Shown in pieces: positions 9,651-20,781 of a stretch of DNA of 64,000 bases. Below the pieces are notes generated by a model. That model worked only from the letters and a program-made list of their open reading frames with translations. It did no database searches and had not been told where the DNA came from. The stretch spans positions 96,001 to 160,000 of the forward strand of contig CAVTUQ010000034.1 of NCBI GenBank assembly GCA_963737905.1. Reading direction: 5' to 3'. The position numbers were made by a program, and so were the translations under genes. How positions within the stretch are numbered: the stretch's first letter is position 1; each line of letters begins with the position of its first letter. This stretch comes from an uncultured delta proteobacterium (GTDB lineage: Bacteria > Desulfobacterota > Binatia > UBA9968).

Positions 9651-11057
9651 TCAGCCAATGGGAATAGCAGCGTTTGGAAGATAGAGCGTGAAAACGGAAC
9701 CGCCGCCGGGTTCGCTGTCAACTTCGATGCGTCCCTTGTGAGCTTCGACCACGGCTTTGACCAGACTTAAGCCCAGGCCCAATCCCGGTTCCGAGCGGCT
9801 CTTATCGCCGCGGTAGAGACGATCCCATATCTTGGGAACCTCATCGGATAAAATACCGATTCCAGTGTCCTTGACTAGAATCACGGTGTGCGCTTGTTCT
9901 TGATACGCGCCGATAACTATACTTCCGCCGTGAGGAGTATATTTGATTGCGTTGTCTAATAAATTGGCCAGAACCTGACGCATTCGGTTATGGTCTGCAG
10001 TCATGCCTATGTCTTTGGCGCAATTGACGGATATAGTAATGGTTTTGTCTTCTGCCACGTACTCATAGAGTCCAACGGTATCTTCAATGAGACTCGCGAT
10101 GTTGACCGGAACAAGGCTCAACTTCATGGTTCCCGTTTCCGCCTCTGAGATGTCCATGAGGGTGTTCAAAAGCATCAGCACCCGCTCTGATTCCTCAAGA
10201 CAGTCAGCCAGTGTCTCCTCGCAACGTTCCCGCCCCGAAGCCGATTGTAGGGCCGTCTCGGCGATGCCCCGCAGTCTGGTCATTGGAGTGCGCAAATCGT
10301 GGGCGACGTTATCCAATGTTTCTCTCATCCCCTTGATCAAGCCTTCGATTCTTTCCAACATCCTATTGAACAGTCCGCTCAGCTCATCCAGTTCATCACC
10401 GGTCTTTCCAATGGGAACACGGGCATCCATCCTTCCGGTATCTACAATCGACTGCGTGATATGGATAAGATTACGAATCGGTCGCAGCGCGCGAAACGCA
10501 AGAAACGCCCCTCCCGCTAGGCTGATAAGAATCATCGGTATCATGACGCCCGCTATGGTATCCCGGAAATGCTCCAGAACCTCTTTACGGTCCTCGAGAT
10601 TCTTGCCGACTTCCAACAGATAGCCGTTGGGCAGATACGCGAAGGTAACTTCCAATACATCGCGGCCTTGTTTGGCTGGGAAATATTGCCATTCCCCCAC
10701 GATGGGCCGGTCTTGAAGGGGTTTGAGATCGAATTTGTCCCAGAGCTTGGGGTTACTTGAGAATACGATCTCGTCCTCCGAATCAAGTATGCGGACGAAG
10801 AGGGCGGTGCGCCGACTATCCTCTCGATCATCCCCTATTGCCTTTTCGATGGCAGGAATTCCGCCTTCTTGGCCGAGAGATAGATACTCGCTGAGTTTCA
10901 GCTGAACAGTTTCTCGAGTATCTTCAAGGGATGAGGACAGAAATACGTACGAGACGATGAACAGGATGACCGAGCTCAAAATGAAAATCGTCGAATACCA
11001 AAGGGTCAGGCGAACGCCAAGCTTTTTTTGGGCACGGTCAAACAATTTTAAGGACAT
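9651..11057 (-). CDS. Sensor histidine kinase (HAMP, HisKA, HATPase), CusS/CopS-like
   Basis: Two TM segments, HAMP (DELDELSGLFNRML), H-box VAHDLRTPMTRL, N-box NLLDNAIKY and G-boxes DTGIGI and GLGLGL. Likely start is the ATG at 11057. Confidence 0.92.
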   Translation of the reverse strand: MSLKLFDRAQKKLGVRLTLWYSTIFILSSVILFIVSYVFLSSSLEDTRETVQLKLSEYLSLGQEGGIPAIEKAIGDDREDSRRTALFVRILDSEDEIVFSSNPKLWDKFDLKPLQDRPIVGEWQYFPAKQGRDVLEVTFAYLPNGYLLEVGKNLEDRKEVLEHFRDTIAGVMIPMILISLAGGAFLAFRALRPIRNLIHITQSIVDTGRMDARVPIGKTGDELDELSGLFNRMLERIEGLIKGMRETLDNVAHDLRTPMTRLRGIAETALQSASGRERCEETLADCLEESERVLMLLNTLMDISEAETGTMKLSLVPVNIASLIEDTVGLYEYVAEDKTITISVNCAKDIGMTADHNRMRQVLANLLDNAIKYTPHGGSIVIGAYQEQAHTVILVKDTGIGILSDEVPKIWDRLYRGDKSRSEPGLGLGLSLVKAVVEAHKGRIEVDSEPGGGSVFTLYLPNAAIPIG

Positions 11058-11712
11058 ACCCCACTCCTCTGCGGGTGTGAATGAGCTTATTCTTAAAGTC
11101 CCGGTCCACCTTATTACGCAGCCTGCAGACCAGCACATCCACCACGTTCGTCTGCGGATCAAAGTCATAGCCCCAAACGTGCTCCATAATCATATTCTTC
11201 GACAACACCCTGCCCGGGTTGCGCATGAGGTATTCCAGTAAGGAAAATTCGCGGGGCTGCAAGTCGATTTTCGTGCCTGCTCGAACGACTTCTCGTGTCA
11301 GCAAGTCCAGCGAAATCTCGCCGGCCGTCAGTTGCGTAGGCTCAGTCACGTTGCCGGTTCTGCGGATGAGCGCCTGTACCCGTGCTAGAAGCTCGGCGAA
11401 AGCGAATGGCTTGGTCAGGTAATCATCAGAGCCCACTTGCAATCCTTTGACCCGATCGTCCACAGAGCGTTTCGCGCTAAGGATGATCACAGGGGTGTTG
11501 ATCTTCTTCTGTCGAAGACGCTCAATAAGGCTCAACCCGTCCAGTTTGGGCAACATGATGTCGATGACGGCCACATCGTAAGATTGTGCTGTCGCCATGT
11601 GCAGACCATTTTCCCCGTCCGCCGCATGGTTCACAGCGAACCCTGCCTGCGTCAGCCCGTTTACGATAAACGCGGCGATCTTCTGGTCATCTTCTGCAAC
11701 TAACACTCGCAT
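11038..11712 (-). CDS. OmpR-family response regulator, CusR/CopR-like
   Basis: MRVLVAEDD, DIMLP, DDYLTKPF, and a winged helix VWGYDFDPQTNVVDVLVCRLRNKVD..HTRRGVGY. Confidence 0.93.
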   Translation of the reverse strand: MRVLVAEDDQKIAAFIVNGLTQAGFAVNHAADGENGLHMATAQSYDVAVIDIMLPKLDGLSLIERLRQKKINTPVIILSAKRSVDDRVKGLQVGSDDYLTKPFAFAELLARVQALIRRTGNVTEPTQLTAGEISLDLLTREVVRAGTKIDLQPREFSLLEYLMRNPGRVLSKNMIMEHVWGYDFDPQTNVVDVLVCRLRNKVDRDFKNKLIHTRRGVGYVLKIV

Positions 11713-12003
11713 GATTCGATCCTCATTGCTGCGACAGAGAACACTATAAAATACCAGACAATAGTGGGGTAACAACCAGGCCCGGTCCGCCATCAGCCGC
11801 AGCAAGACGAGGTGCCGATTCGCTGATTGTCCCGTCGATCTTGAAAAAGATAAGAGCTAACCGAAAAAAAGGGACTGCAAATCCAGAATGAGCTAGCCCG
11901 GTTCATGAAAAACTCCCACAAGTCTGTTTTTTCAAGCAACTCCGATCCTACTATAAACGAGCCATGTGTGATCGGGGAAACGTTGCTGAAATATTTCCTG
12001 AAG

Positions 12004-12021
12004 ATTATATTTTTGAAAGGG
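12004..12021 (-). promoter_or_regulatory. Putative response-regulator box, copy 2 (upstream of the RR gene)
   Basis: attatatttttgaaaggg, preceded by tttcctgaag. Confidence 0.55.
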
Positions 12022-12302
12022 TTGAACGAAGCGAGAAAGGGCTTACGCGAGAAAGGTAAGGAGATGCCTAGAGCGAATTAGCTACATGAAGAGCTGCAGG
12101 ATTACCGTAAAACCACAAAAGACAAGAGTCGGGAATCATATCGGCAGTGGAGGGGCGGAGCAGAAATAAGCCAGAATTCGGACAATTGCGACGAGGGAGA
12201 ATTACAGATGTGTATCCCCGTTTAGCGGGTGGCTGGCCGATCATCTCCTCATGCGGCTAGATTAGTGGTGTAATCCCGATTTGTCTGCGGCTTTCAGAAG
12301 GC

Positions 12303-13199
12303 TTACCAAGTGAATCCGACGGTTACGCCTGTTGCCCCCTGTCCTGGAAGCATAGGCAGGATAATCAGCGAAGTGGGTTTTTCTCTTTGACGATGCAAGT
12401 AAAATAAAAGCTCCGTGGTTCCCGCGCCGACTAACGCTGAGCCCAAAATATCAGAGGCCCAGTGGGCATCTTTTCCCATCCGTCCTACGCCGGTCATCAC
12501 CGCGAGGCTGTAAGCGGGGACCGCCGCCCACCAGTGATAATCAAACGCCTCACTGATGGCTGCGGCCGCCGCAAAAGTCGGTGTGGTGTCACCGGAAACG
12601 AAGGACTGACCGCCCTGAAAAAAAGCCCGAGGACCGTCACCGGCATTGGGCCTTTTCCTACCGAAAGCGTACTTCATGCCTACTGTTAAGAGCGACGACA
12701 ATCCAATGCCTTCTATTCCTGTCAATACCGCGTGACGCGCCTCATCGTTATGCGAATAAAGACCCCACCCATAGATGACTCCCAAACTACCCATCGTAGT
12801 TCCCTGGCCAATAGCCGTTAAATGACCTGCAGTACTATCGGGAATATTTTTCGCATTGCGCCGAAGTGGATCATCTAAACCGTAAATTGTAGCCGGGATA
12901 GTGCCAATAATGACGGTAGCAGTAAGGACATCCACTAAAGTCACCTCTTGAATTCGAAGCGGCAACTTAAGTATGTCTCCCGTGTCACTGTAGAGCGAGT
13001 GAAGGAGATAACTGCCATCATCAGCAAGCAAATGGAACAGGTTCCCACGGGCAAGATTGGCGGGCTGACCAGGACTCGCGGCAGAGTCCTGCGCGCTTGC
13101 ATGGGAGTCAATACCGGGAGACATAGCAAAAACAAAAAGGAAGAGAATGTAAAATAGAGAGCTTAGCATTTCGTGTCTCCGACGAACTGTGCTTCCCAT
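12303..13199 (-). CDS. PAP2 superfamily phosphatase-like protein
   Basis: C1 KYAFGRKRP, C2 SFVSGD (His replaced by Asp), C3 GRMGKDAHWASD. Signal-like N-terminus and AGGAGG RBS. Confidence 0.8.
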   Translation of the reverse strand: MGSTVRRRHEMLSSLFYILFLFVFAMSPGIDSHASAQDSAASPGQPANLARGNLFHLLADDGSYLLHSLYSDTGDILKLPLRIQEVTLVDVLTATVIIGTIPATIYGLDDPLRRNAKNIPDSTAGHLTAIGQGTTMGSLGVIYGWGLYSHNDEARHAVLTGIEGIGLSSLLTVGMKYAFGRKRPNAGDGPRAFFQGGQSFVSGDTTPTFAAAAAISEAFDYHWWAAVPAYSLAVMTGVGRMGKDAHWASDILGSALVGAGTTELLFYLHRQREKPTSLIILPMLPGQGATGVTVGFTW

Positions 13200-13589
13200 G
13201 TCATCCTCCTTAGGACCGAAAATAAGGTCATCCAGTCATAGAGGAGGCTGCGGCAGGTCCTCATCTACTGGGACCCTAATGAACATATTCGCACGGGCCA
13301 TCGAGAAGGGCTTGGCCGGAAAGCCGACTGCCATTGAGTTGTTCGTAACTTCCCAGCGGCACACAAGTCGCCTCACAACGGTTTGCGATTGACTGTTTCC
13401 GCCTGTGGTTGAGACCCGCCGGCTGCGTGTCGTACCGAACCGTGACAAACACTGGCGCGCATGTAACACATACGCGACTCTCACCATTCTAGGCAGACTC
13501 AGGAGGGCCAACTATTGAGGAAATAAAGGACTAGCGTTTTCTAGCCCTTGAGAGCTATCCCTGATGACTATCGTTGGACTGGTTGATCG

Positions 13590-14261
13590 CTATTCGGCAG
13601 GGTTTTTCACGGCAAATATGCCTTGCTGGATCGCCAGGGCCGCAGCTTGTACACGGTTTTGGAGATGAAGTTTTCCGAGGATACTTTTGAGATGATTCTT
13701 TACGGTATTCTCCGCAATGTCCAATCTCGAGCCGATTTCTTTATTGGTGAGCCCCGCCGCCAAAAGTTGAAGCACCTCTTTCTCTCGTTCCGTGAGATCA
13801 TCGACCGGAGTGGTTTCGGAATGTTTTGATGCCCGAGCGGCAAACTCTTTCAAAATTCTCGCGGCGGTCGCTCCGGAAAGAGGCGCCTCACCGCGGAAAA
13901 CTCCTACAAGCAACTCCCGAAGCTTTTCAGGCTCGACTTTTTTTGAAAGATACCCGTGGGCTCCGCATTTGATGGCTTCGAAGAGGTCCTTATCCTCCTC
14001 CGAGATCGTTAAGATGACTATGCGCGTCGCGGGTAAGGCGCTGGTAATCTGGCGCGTGGCCTCCAACCCGTTGACGACCGGCATATGAATGTCCATCAAA
14101 ACCAGGTCGGGTTTGCTAGCCGCAGCCTTCGCGATGGCTTCTGCGCCGGTTTCCGCTTCGCCTATGATCTCGAAACATTTTTCTTTTTCGAGGAGGCTGG
14201 CCAAGCCCTTTCTGAAGAGAGTGTGGTCGTCAGCCAGCAGCAGACGAATGTTTTTCATCAT
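13590..14261 (-). CDS. NarL/LuxR-family response regulator
   Basis: LLADDHTLFRKGL, MDIHMP, and a LuxR HTH LTEREKEVLQLLAAGLTNKEIG..TVKNHLKSILGKL. Confidence 0.93.
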   Translation of the reverse strand: MMKNIRLLLADDHTLFRKGLASLLEKEKCFEIIGEAETGAEAIAKAAASKPDLVLMDIHMPVVNGLEATRQITSALPATRIVILTISEEDKDLFEAIKCGAHGYLSKKVEPEKLRELLVGVFRGEAPLSGATAARILKEFAARASKHSETTPVDDLTEREKEVLQLLAAGLTNKEIGSRLDIAENTVKNHLKSILGKLHLQNRVQAAALAIQQGIFAVKNPAE

Positions 14262-15754
14262 ATTCTCGCCGTGCGAGCGGCAGCTGGATAAACACTCGGG
14301 TCCCCTGTCCCGGCCCGCTGCTAATGCTGAGCTTCCCGCCCGCAGATTTTGCGCGATCTTTCATGGTCTTGAGGCCAAACCGCAAGTGCGTTTCTGAGGT
14401 TCTATCCGCGAACCCCCTTCCATCATCTGCGATGGTTATGTTGGCAGTCTCTCCGTCGGCCGTTATCGTGACCTTCCCTTTCGTTGCGTCGGCGTGTTTA
14501 ACGATGTTAGTGAGGGCCTCATGGATGATTCGGATTAACTGGATTTCAACTGGCGACGAGAAATTAATCGTTTCAGGATGATCCACTTTGAGCTCCACCG
14601 GGATTCCCTTTACCTCGCTGAAGTCCCTGAGGTAATCATCGAGCGCGGCGACCAATCCGGGTTGATTCCCCAGTGCGAGAGCGCGCAAGCCAAATATGGA
14701 TTCCCGGAGGTTTTGATAGGCTTCGTCTACGGTCTTAAACAATTCGGTCAAGATATTTTTTGTTTTAGTCGATGCATGCTTCCCCAAGCTCGTGTCGGCC
14801 TCAATCAGTTTGAGACGGAAGCAGGCCAAGTCCTGGGCGAGGCTGTCGTGAAGTTCGCAAGCCAATCTTTCCCTTTCCTCTAACATCGCCAGTCCTTTTA
14901 ATTTTTCTTCATGCTCTCTTAGCTGCTTGGCCATGCGATTGAACGCATGGCTCAAGAACCGATTTCATCCGTCGAAGTGACCGGTACGGTCTTCGACAGA
15001 TCCCCTTTCGCAATTTCGCTGGAACGCTCGGCGAGCTGCCGTAGCGGTAGAACGATCGCACGGTGAAAATAGCGTTTTGACGCCAATAGGAAGAGGGTGC
15101 CGATCAGAACCAATGCGACATTAAATCCCATCGTCAGTCGCATTTTTCGCCGCGTTTCCGAAACCAGCCGATCTTCGACGCTCTCGTGCTCCATGCTGAT
15201 CCGGTCGGCGAAGACTTGGATTCGATGCTGTATGCTCTCCATCACTTCCAAGTCATGGATGTTCACTTCGCTCCCCGGCCGCCCTAGGCCATGTTGTGTT
15301 CGGCTAACGATTCTTGCTGAAACACCTTCGGCATCGGCGATCATCTCCTGCATCTCTTGGATATTTCGCGCCTCTCGCCAGACTTTTTGTAAAGAGTTAA
15401 CAAGGTGTCAAAGTCTTTTGAGGAAGTCTTGACCAGAGAATCCGGAATTGCCCTGCCTTGTAGTTGGGCCAGCTGTATTTCCGCAGTGAAAGACTGTAGG
15501 CCGCTATCGATTTGTTCGACAAATTGCACCTGTTCGCTCTGTCTCGCTATGACATCTGATTTGAGCAGATGAGATCTGAGCAGGTAAAAGGAAGTACCTC
15601 CAACCACGACGACTAGTATGAACAGGAAAATAAAAACGAAGCTTAATTTGCGGTCTATTCGTCCTGTGAATTCCCTGCTTGCGTCTTCGTGTAGCTCGAT
15701 CCCGCTCCCTCTTGTGGGAGGCGATTTCCGGAACCGAGCCAGCAGAGATAACAT
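14230..15754 (-). CDS. NarX-like HisKA_3 sensor kinase (split by two frameshifts)
   Basis: Three consecutive ORFs give TM, periplasmic region, TM and HAMP, then EERERLACELHDSLAQ, EALTNIVKHA, DDGRGF and FGLKTM. Confidence 0.8.
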
Positions 15755-15848
15755 GGAGATCAGATCCTACTATAGCACTCGCAATCAGACAATCATCCGG
15801 CCGGCATCGGCCCACGGACACGAAGCCCTGGTTAGTGGATTTTCACCT

Positions 15849-16625
15849 TCATGGTGTGACGAGATTGCCCATGACTTTTCCGGCAAAGTGGGTATGCATT
15901 CGCCGCGGTGTGAATTTCAGCAAGTAGACCAGCAGCCGGTTATGCCAGCCCGGAATCGCGACGGATGTCTTGCCCAATTTTTTCAGAGCCAGGCGGACGA
16001 CGGGTTCAACCGCCATCGCCGCGACTGGGCGGGAGCCGGCGATTTCGTGGATCGGTGTCCGTTGAGCCTGGACACTGCGCCAGGACATCCACTCCTTCTT
16101 TTCCTAGCTCGTACCTTAAAGACTCGGCCAAAAAGAGCTCATATACTTTGCTTGCGGCATAACTCGACTCGTACGGAGTCGCAATGTAACCGCTTACGGA
16201 TGACACGAATATAATTCCGCCTCGCTTTCGTTGTGCCATTTGGCGCCCGAAGACATGCGTCAGAATAAGAGGCGCGCGGCAATTGACGTCCAGGAGCGCC
16301 AGTTCTTTCTTCACTTCATGCTCTAAAAACTTACCTGCTATGCCGAATCCCGCATTGTTGACCAGAAGCCCCACGTCGATAGATTCCGTTCTTGAGAGAA
16401 TCAACGAAGAAAGTCAGGTTGGGACAAGTCAGCAATAATCGTTCTGACTTGGATTTTGCTTGTGCTTTCTAGCCGCCCTGCCAACTCTTCGATTCTCTCC
16501 CTGCGCCGCGCGACGAGCACCAAATTCAAACCCATCGCCGCCAACTGGCTAGAAAACTCGGCGCCGATACCCGCAGAGGCTCCGGTGACAAGCGCCCACG
16601 GTCCGTAGCGTTCTACAAATGTCAT
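15849..16625 (-). CDS. Short-chain dehydrogenase/reductase (frameshifted)
   Basis: [14 protein letters not shown] and YAASK are spread across three ORF pieces. Confidence 0.8.
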
Positions 16626-16663
16626 ACCTGCAACTCTCGATCTTTAACCATGCCAGAGTCCGC

Positions 16664-19600
16664 CTAAGAGGCTATTATCCCGCTGGGTGGATGCATTCTC
16701 AACATCGCCAGCAGAGCAGGGAGCACAATCAGTACCAGGGGCAGTTGGACCGCCAGTCCGGAAATTATCGCAATCGCCAACGGTTGCTGCATGGCCGCGC
16801 CCTGGCCTATCCCCAACGCCAGAGGGAGAAGCGCAAAGACCGCAGCGAGCGTGGTCATGGCGATAGGCCGCATGCGGTTGTGACCCGCCATGATCAGCCG
16901 GGTCGTTTGATCCTTCTCGCTCGCAAGATCGACGTATTCCGAATAATAAAATATGGCTACTTCGGTGACGATGCCGACGATCATGGTCATTCCCATCATC
17001 GACGTTATATTCATCTCCGTGCCCGTCATCCAGAGCCCTACAAACACCGCCGAAAGCGCGAGTAGAGTGGTGACAAGCATGGCGCAAGCCACGCGGAAGC
17101 TCTCTAAAGAAAAAGCAAGAGAAGAAAAACCAGAGCGCCGCCGCCAAAAATACCGCAACCAGCCCGGCAAAGGCCTTCTGTTGCTCCGCGTATAGCCCGC
17201 CCAAGTTATAATAAACCCCCTTCGGCACAAGCTCTGGGCGATTGAGCACCTGTTTCACTTCGGCGATCACCGAGCCGATATCGCGGCCGCTGATCCGTCC
17301 CGTGACCGCGACCATGCGTTTGAGGTCGTCGCGCGTGATCTCCGGCTGACCGGTCAGGACTGTAAGTGTGGCGACTCGCTTGAGAGGAAAGAGATGCCCG
17401 TCCGGAGCGCGCAAGCGCAGATTTTCAATGTCCGTTTCCGTGGTCCGCAGATCGCGAGGAATCCATGCCCTCACGCCGATCATCTTAGGACCGCTCTGAA
17501 TTTGGCTCGTCACCACGCCGGTCAAGGAGTCGGAGAGCATGTGGGTGATTCCATCAGGATCCGTGCCTTCCAAGCTCGCCTTGACTCGGTCGACCTGGAT
17601 GTCGAGGGCATCACCGGCCAAGACGATGCCAGACTTTACATCCACGACCCCGGGAATTTTCTCAATCGCAGTGGCTACCGCCGGTCCAAGTTTTCCCAAA
17701 AGATTGCCATCATCGGAATACAGCTTGATCTCGATCGGCTGCGGCACCGCGGTAAGGTCGCCGATGAGATCCTCCATCAATTGCGCCAGCTCGATCTGCA
17801 GCCCGGAACCTCGTGTTCCACCCGTTAGCGGACCTCGTCCATCACGGTGTCGCTATCGCGTCGCGGGAAAGGTTTCAGGCGGATAAAAAAATCGCCCGTG
17901 TTGGCTTCGGTCAATCCGCCGCCGAGCTGCAGGCCCGTGCGCCGGGAATACGGTTGCACCTCCGGCGTTGCGTGTAGGATCGCTTCTACTTGGCGCAGCA
18001 GCCGATCCGTTTCCGTGAGCGAAGTGCCCGGCTCCGAACGGTAATCGAGGACAAAGCCTCCCTCGTCCATGGAGGGCATAAAGCCGGAGCCCACTAGCGA
18101 TACCCGATCCAGCCCGCGGCGAGAGCAGCAGGACGACGACCAGAACCAACCAGGGGCGTATGAGCACTCGAACCATCGTCGCTTGATAAGCCTGGCGGAA
18201 TCGTTGGGCGAAACGGCCGATTCCTTTTTCCCGAGCATCCTTTGCGTTTAGAAAACGATCCGCCAGGAGCGGCTTCGCCAGCCACGCAACAAGGAATGAG
18301 ATGATCAGGCTTGTCGCCATGGTCAGGGAAAGTGCTTTGAAGAAACTCCCGGTCACACCTGAAAGGAAGGCGAGGGGCACGAAGATGATGATCGTGCCTC
18401 CGGACGAACCCGCGGGGGCCTGGGTGAACTCTGCTGCGGCCCACATCACCCGGCCATGATGATCCCGTGCGCGCGCGCAGCCGGCGCATGATATGCTCCA
18501 CCATGACGATGGCATCGTCGATGATGAGACCGACGGCGGCGGCCATTCCACCCAGGGTCATGATATTGAAGCTCATGTGGGAAACGTAGAGCAGAAGCAC
18601 GGTGGCTGCAAGCACCCCCGGCACGAAAGATCGGCGACAAGGTGATTTTCAAGTTACGCAGAAAGAGGAGCAAGATCAGCACGGCCAAGATAATGCCGAT
18701 CAGAATGGCATCGCGCACGCTGGCTGCCGAGGCAAAATCAGTTCGCTCTGGTCATACCAGTTGGCGATCTTGACACCGGGGGGCAACCGCTTGCGAAACT
18801 CGGCGAGCTTGGCTTTAGCTCGCTGGCGATCCCACCGTGTTACCGCCGGGCTGCTGATGGACTTGAAAAACAGGCGTCACGACCGTCGGCCGTAACGGGG
18901 GTCCACTGCGGCGCCGTGCCTTGCTCACCGTCGCGACATCTTCAACCGGATATCCCGCCCGTTCTCGGAACGAAGAATAGTCTCACGATCTGTCCGGATC
19001 GAGGAGGCGCGTATCGCACACGGCCAGATAGAGCTTGTAATGATCTTCCAGGCGACCGACGGAAGCGATCACGTTGGTGGCTGTAAGGGACCTTGTCACG
19101 TCGCTCAGGGATAAACCGTATGCGGCAAGATGAGGGATTCACATTCACCCGGTATTCTCCTGTGCGCCGCCGAGACTTCGATCTGGCCACGCCGGTCACG
19201 GTCGAGAGCAAGGGGCGTAGCTGGTACAGCGCAAATCTCGCAGTTCGACCAGAGACTGAGTATCCGACGTGAGGCTATAAGCCAGGACCGGAAAGACTCG
19301 GCTCCATGCGCCGGGCGTTAAAGGTCGTCCCTTGGGGCAGAGTCGGCATACCTGCGTAATGGCAGACTCGATTTGGAACAGCGCGGACACCATATTCTCT
19401 CCCCAGTCGAAATTGACCGCGACCTCGGCGCTCCCCCTGGTCGTAGTCGAGCGCATGTTAAGCACCCAGGAACCGCTCGCACCGATTCTTCAACGGGCCC
19501 CGTAACCTCTATCACCATTCGTTCCGCCGGACGGTCGCCGGCATCGATATTGATCCTGACCCGGGGAAAATTCGTGCGGGAAGAGAGACACCGGCAATGT

Positions 19601-19686
19601 TAATGGCGCCCAACCCGCCAAAAATGAAAACTGCCACCAGAAAAAAAACTGATCGCCGGTGCGCATGTACCCACGATAAAGATCAT
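16664..19686 (-). CDS. RND efflux permease (AcrB/CzcA family), many frameshifts
   Basis: Fragments include TGPVEESVRAVPG, FNIMTLGGMAAAVGLIIDDAIVMVEH, FVPLAFLSGVTGSFFKALSLTMA, GFMPSMDEGGFVLD and RMRPIAMTTLAAVFALLPLALG. Confidence 0.8.
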
Positions 19687-20781
19687 CGGGACGGCGCCAC
19701 CTTGACGGCCATCTTGTCTTTCAGCTCGTAATTGCCGACCCACGACGTGCGGGCCGGGTTGAAGATCTTTGCCGCTCACATTGATCTCTGTGCTTTCTCC
19801 AGACCGATTTTCACCTTATGTTTCCGCCCGGCCGTCCTTGACGGTAAAGAGATAATTTGGCCTCCCTCAGGGAGTATGGCTGACCTGGGCACAAGCAATC
19901 CTTGAACCGGGGCGATGAAATTTTGCCCAGAACGGACTCGTTAAGCAGAAACCCCCCCGCTGAAGGCAGAGCGACAAACCCGTCGACCACACGGTTCGTC
20001 GCAGGGGTGCCGGGAAAGCGTGCGAATTTCGCCCTTCCCGGTGTCCCCGGCACGTTTACGTTCCCAAGACGAACTTCCGCCCTCTTGACTTTAACGAGGT
20101 CTCCGGTTCCACGCCGAGGCGAGCTTCCAGCCGGCTTTGAGCCACATTTCGAACAGGGCGTTCCCGGCGGGAACGATCGCCCCTCTTTGAACGGCAACGT
20201 TGTTCACCAAGCCTTCCACATCGGCATGTATCTTTTGCGGCGCGCTCGCTGCCCCGCTCTCTCATGTTCTCGAATCGCGCTCGAGCCTGCTCCAGCGCCT
20301 GTTTCGCTTGCAGTAGTTGGTCGTTGGTCGCAAGCTGGAGATCGAAGCGTTGCCTGCACAAACTTCAACGCTTTTTTCGCTGTTTCATAAATATTGTGCG
20401 CTTGACGGGATTTAAGACGGGTCTCCGGACTCGGCTCGATCTCCAGCAACGGATCCCCTCGCGAACGTCTTGTCCCACGTTCACCATAACACGTTGACCC
20501 GGCTTTCAAAAGGCACGGAGACGTTGCAGGGCCCCCGCCGCGGGCACGATCTGCCGTAAACGGTGATCTCTTCAGAGAGCGCCCTGCTGATTCGCGCAAC
20601 TTTTACACACGCGACGGTGCTGGCGAGGTTTTCGCCTGATCTGCGGCCTTATTAGCATCTTCATTGGACAGGCCGCCCTGGAAACGCCACAAGTATCCAG
20701 CTGGGACTTACCAGGACGACTACGATGAGAGTACCCCAGGACCTTCGGCTCCTCTTACGTTCCCTTCTCCTTGTCTCCCAT
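19683..20781 (-). CDS. RND efflux membrane-fusion protein, many frameshifts (ends approximate)
   Basis: Fragments GDPLLEIEPSPET and QRFDLQLATNDQLLQAKQALEQA. Lies between the TolC and RND genes. Confidence 0.6.

Noticed and set aside
13240-13420. Cobalamin-riboswitch-like words (gccgctgggaag, ggacctgcc) on the minus strand
   Set aside because: The core GGGAA..CGGTG.AA.TCCG/ACTGT scaffold is missing and the downstream gene is unrelated.
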